DNA of 64,000 bases from positions 103,044,001 through 103,108,000 of the forward strand of contig NC_135808.1 of the NCBI RefSeq assembly GCF_964213995.1, given 5' to 3'. Both the position numbers and the translations under genes were made by a program. Under the pieces are notes generated by a model. That model saw only the letters and a program-made list of their open reading frames with translations, did not search any database and was not told where the DNA came from. Source of the stretch: Mustelus asterias (Eukaryota). Shown here one piece after another: positions 61,870-64,000 of the stretch; the first letter of the stretch is position 1; every line of letters starts with the position of its first letter.

Positions 61870-62410
61870 AGTTGTCATTATCGGCCGGCAATATAGGGAG
61901 AATGGGCAACTTCTCCCTTCCCGTTAAGAGCCACATCAGTTAGGGTGTGCGGTGCCAGCAACCAGTCAGGAAGGGACATCACCGTGATGGGACTTTCTTT
62001 ATGACACTAATCCTGATCATCCATAAAGCAGGAGGCTATCAGCGCGCCCTGAGCTCTCCTGTCCCACCTGGCCATCACTATTGCCTGAAACACACTGCCG
62101 GACGACTTCCTCTTCCTCATTCAGCTCAACGTTGTTTTCATCAGAAGAGATGTGCCACTCATTCATTGCCTCCTCAGCTAGCTCCTCATCCCTTTGAAGC
62201 GCCAGGTTGTGGAGGGCACAGCATATAACCACAATGCGCAACAACTTCTAGGGAGTATAAGTGGAAGGCTCCACCTGATGTGTCAAGCCTCTGGAACTGC
62301 ATCTTCAGTAACCTGGTGGTCTGTTCCATCAAAGCATGAACTTCATTATATCCTCTGGCCTCCGCACAGGTGTCATCAGTCACATGCTCAAGGAGCCACG
62401 CCTGCAGCCA
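61870..62410 (-). mobile_element. Harbinger transposase C-terminal relic
   Basis: YNEVHA..EQT.RLLKMQFQRLDTSGG and IVVICCALHNLALQR match the HARBI1/Harbinger DDE C-terminus. Confidence 0.8.
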
Positions 62411-63027
62411 TTGTGAAAATATATATAAAATACATAATTTTCCATTGGGAAGGGTGCCCAGGGCTTAGATATACATTGTACAGTGTGATCCATCTGATCA
62501 TTGTCTGTTGTGGGACCTTGTTGTGCATGAATTTACTGCTGGCTTTTAGTCATGTGATAGGAACCACTCAGTACCATTATTTAACATGATTCATGTTAAA
62601 TATGTAAAACAAAGATAAACATATTTGTTTAATTATAGAACTCATTTTATGCAGAAAATATATTTATATTATATTACACGGGTTCATGGAATTTTTGTAA
62701 CAAGGAAAAGGGGCTTCAGAAACAGCAAGGTTGAGACCCCTGATCTAGATAACATTGCAGTGTAGTACTACGGCCCCATACCAGTAGCATACCTTCCAAA
62801 AGGTGACCGTGGAGACTTCTGATGGTACCTGAGCTATTGTAACACCATTCAAACAACCAAAGCAAATGCCGTGACGTGGCTGTTAAAATTATCAACTAGC
62901 ATTATTTTATTGTATTTTTTCATTTTATCAAATGTACCTCACTTTATTGTACGTACATTCTATGTGCTTGTTAGATTCGGTTTTAGTATTGAATTCAAGT
63001 TAAAGCTAATTTTGTTGTATTTCATAG

Positions 63028-63150
63028 GATCAACACCTCAAGAAAGCAAGGAGGACTTGGTCCGACAAAAGTCCCTTTAGTGTCAGATCTCCGTCGCACT
63101 ATCTGTGTAGATTATGGTATCTTAAAAGATGATGAAGGTGTTGCTTTCCG
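63028..63150 (+). CDS. PRDX1: Peroxiredoxin-1 coding exon 3 (WINTSRKQGGLGPTKVPLVSDLRRTICVDYGILKDDEGVAFR); gene continues beyond window
   Basis: 123 nt, phase 2-2, GGLG motif. Confidence 0.96.
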
Positions 63151-63254
63151 GTCAGTATGTCAAAAGAATACAATGTAGGGTAGAACTGAAGGTCACTGTT
63201 CAAGTTAGTTTGGTGAAGTGCTGAACCAGAAATGAAAATTTCTGTTGAGGCACA

Positions 63255-64000
63255 AAAGAACAAAGAACAGTATAGCACAGGAATAGGCCCTTCGGCCCAC
63301 CAAGTCTGTGCTGACACAGATGCCTCTCTAATCTAATATTTTCTTGCCTCTACGTGGTCCATATCCCTCAATTCCCTGCCTATTCATGTATCTATCCAGA
63401 TGCCTCTTGAACGCTGTTATAGAATCTGCTTCCACCACTTCCTCCGGCAGCGTGTTCCAGGCATTCACCACCCTCTGTGTGAAAAACCTGCCTCTACATC
63501 TCTTTTAAACTTTCCCCCTCACACTTTCAACCTATGCCCCCCGAGTAATTGACTTTTCGACCCTGGGGAAAAGATTCTGACTATCCACTCTATCCAAGCC
63601 TGTCATAATCTTGTAAACCTCTATCAGGTCCCCCTCATCCTCCGACACTCCAATGAAAACAATCCAAGTTTGTTCAACCTTTCTTCATAATCTATATCCT
63701 CCAAACCAGGCAACATCCTGGTAAATATCTTCTGCACCCTATCCAATGCATCAACATCCTCCCGGTGGCGTGGTGACCAGAATTGTACACAATACTCCAA
63801 ATGCAGCCTAACCAAAGTCTCATACAGCTGCAGAATGATTTTCCAATTCCTATACTCAACACCCTGACCGATGAAGGCCTGCATGCTATACGCCTCCTTG
63901 ACCACCTTGTCTACCTGAGTTGCCACCTTCAGAGAACTATAGATCTGCACACCTAGATCCCTCTGTAAGCGAATATTTCTAAGGGCTCTGCCATTTACTG
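63255..64000 (-). mobile_element. CR1 LINE 3' fragment
   Basis: ORF 63624-63950 LVRLHLEYCVQFWSP; aagaacaaagaaca tail on +. Confidence 0.92.

Noticed and set aside
51440-62410. Domesticated transposase genes (ZBED/HARBI1-like) in PRDX1 introns
   Set aside because: All fragments have stops, frameshifts or nested insertions; relics only

Overview
Eukaryotic genomic DNA, very probably a shark/elasmobranch, judged from HE1/V-SINE-type SINEs, many CR1 LINEs and Penelope/Harbinger relics. It holds three intron-containing genes in the order and orientation of the vertebrate PRDX1-AKR1A1-NASP block. NASP (- strand): 9 coding exons traced, 3' end runs off the window start. AKR1A1 (- strand): complete 8-exon CDS, 981 nt, 326 aa. 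PRDX1 (+ strand): first 3 coding exons, rest beyond the window end. Exon boundaries were read by hand from splice sites and reading phase. AKR1A1 and PRDX1 appear to diverge from one CpG island with a repeat-amplified NRF1-like array. Most other sequence is transposon-derived, and most of the supplied ORFs are repeat fragments or noise. Best leads: (1) minimal hammerhead ribozyme cores in Penelope-type terminal repeats, one in sense orientation in a PRDX1 intron; (2) a non-canonical peroxiredoxin active site, FSYVCPTE, plus loss of the TP-K/R CDK site; (3) a possible in-frame Arg-rich N-terminal extension of AKR1A1; (4) several inverted/palindromic structures. No clearly new multi-gene system can be demonstrated from sequence alone.
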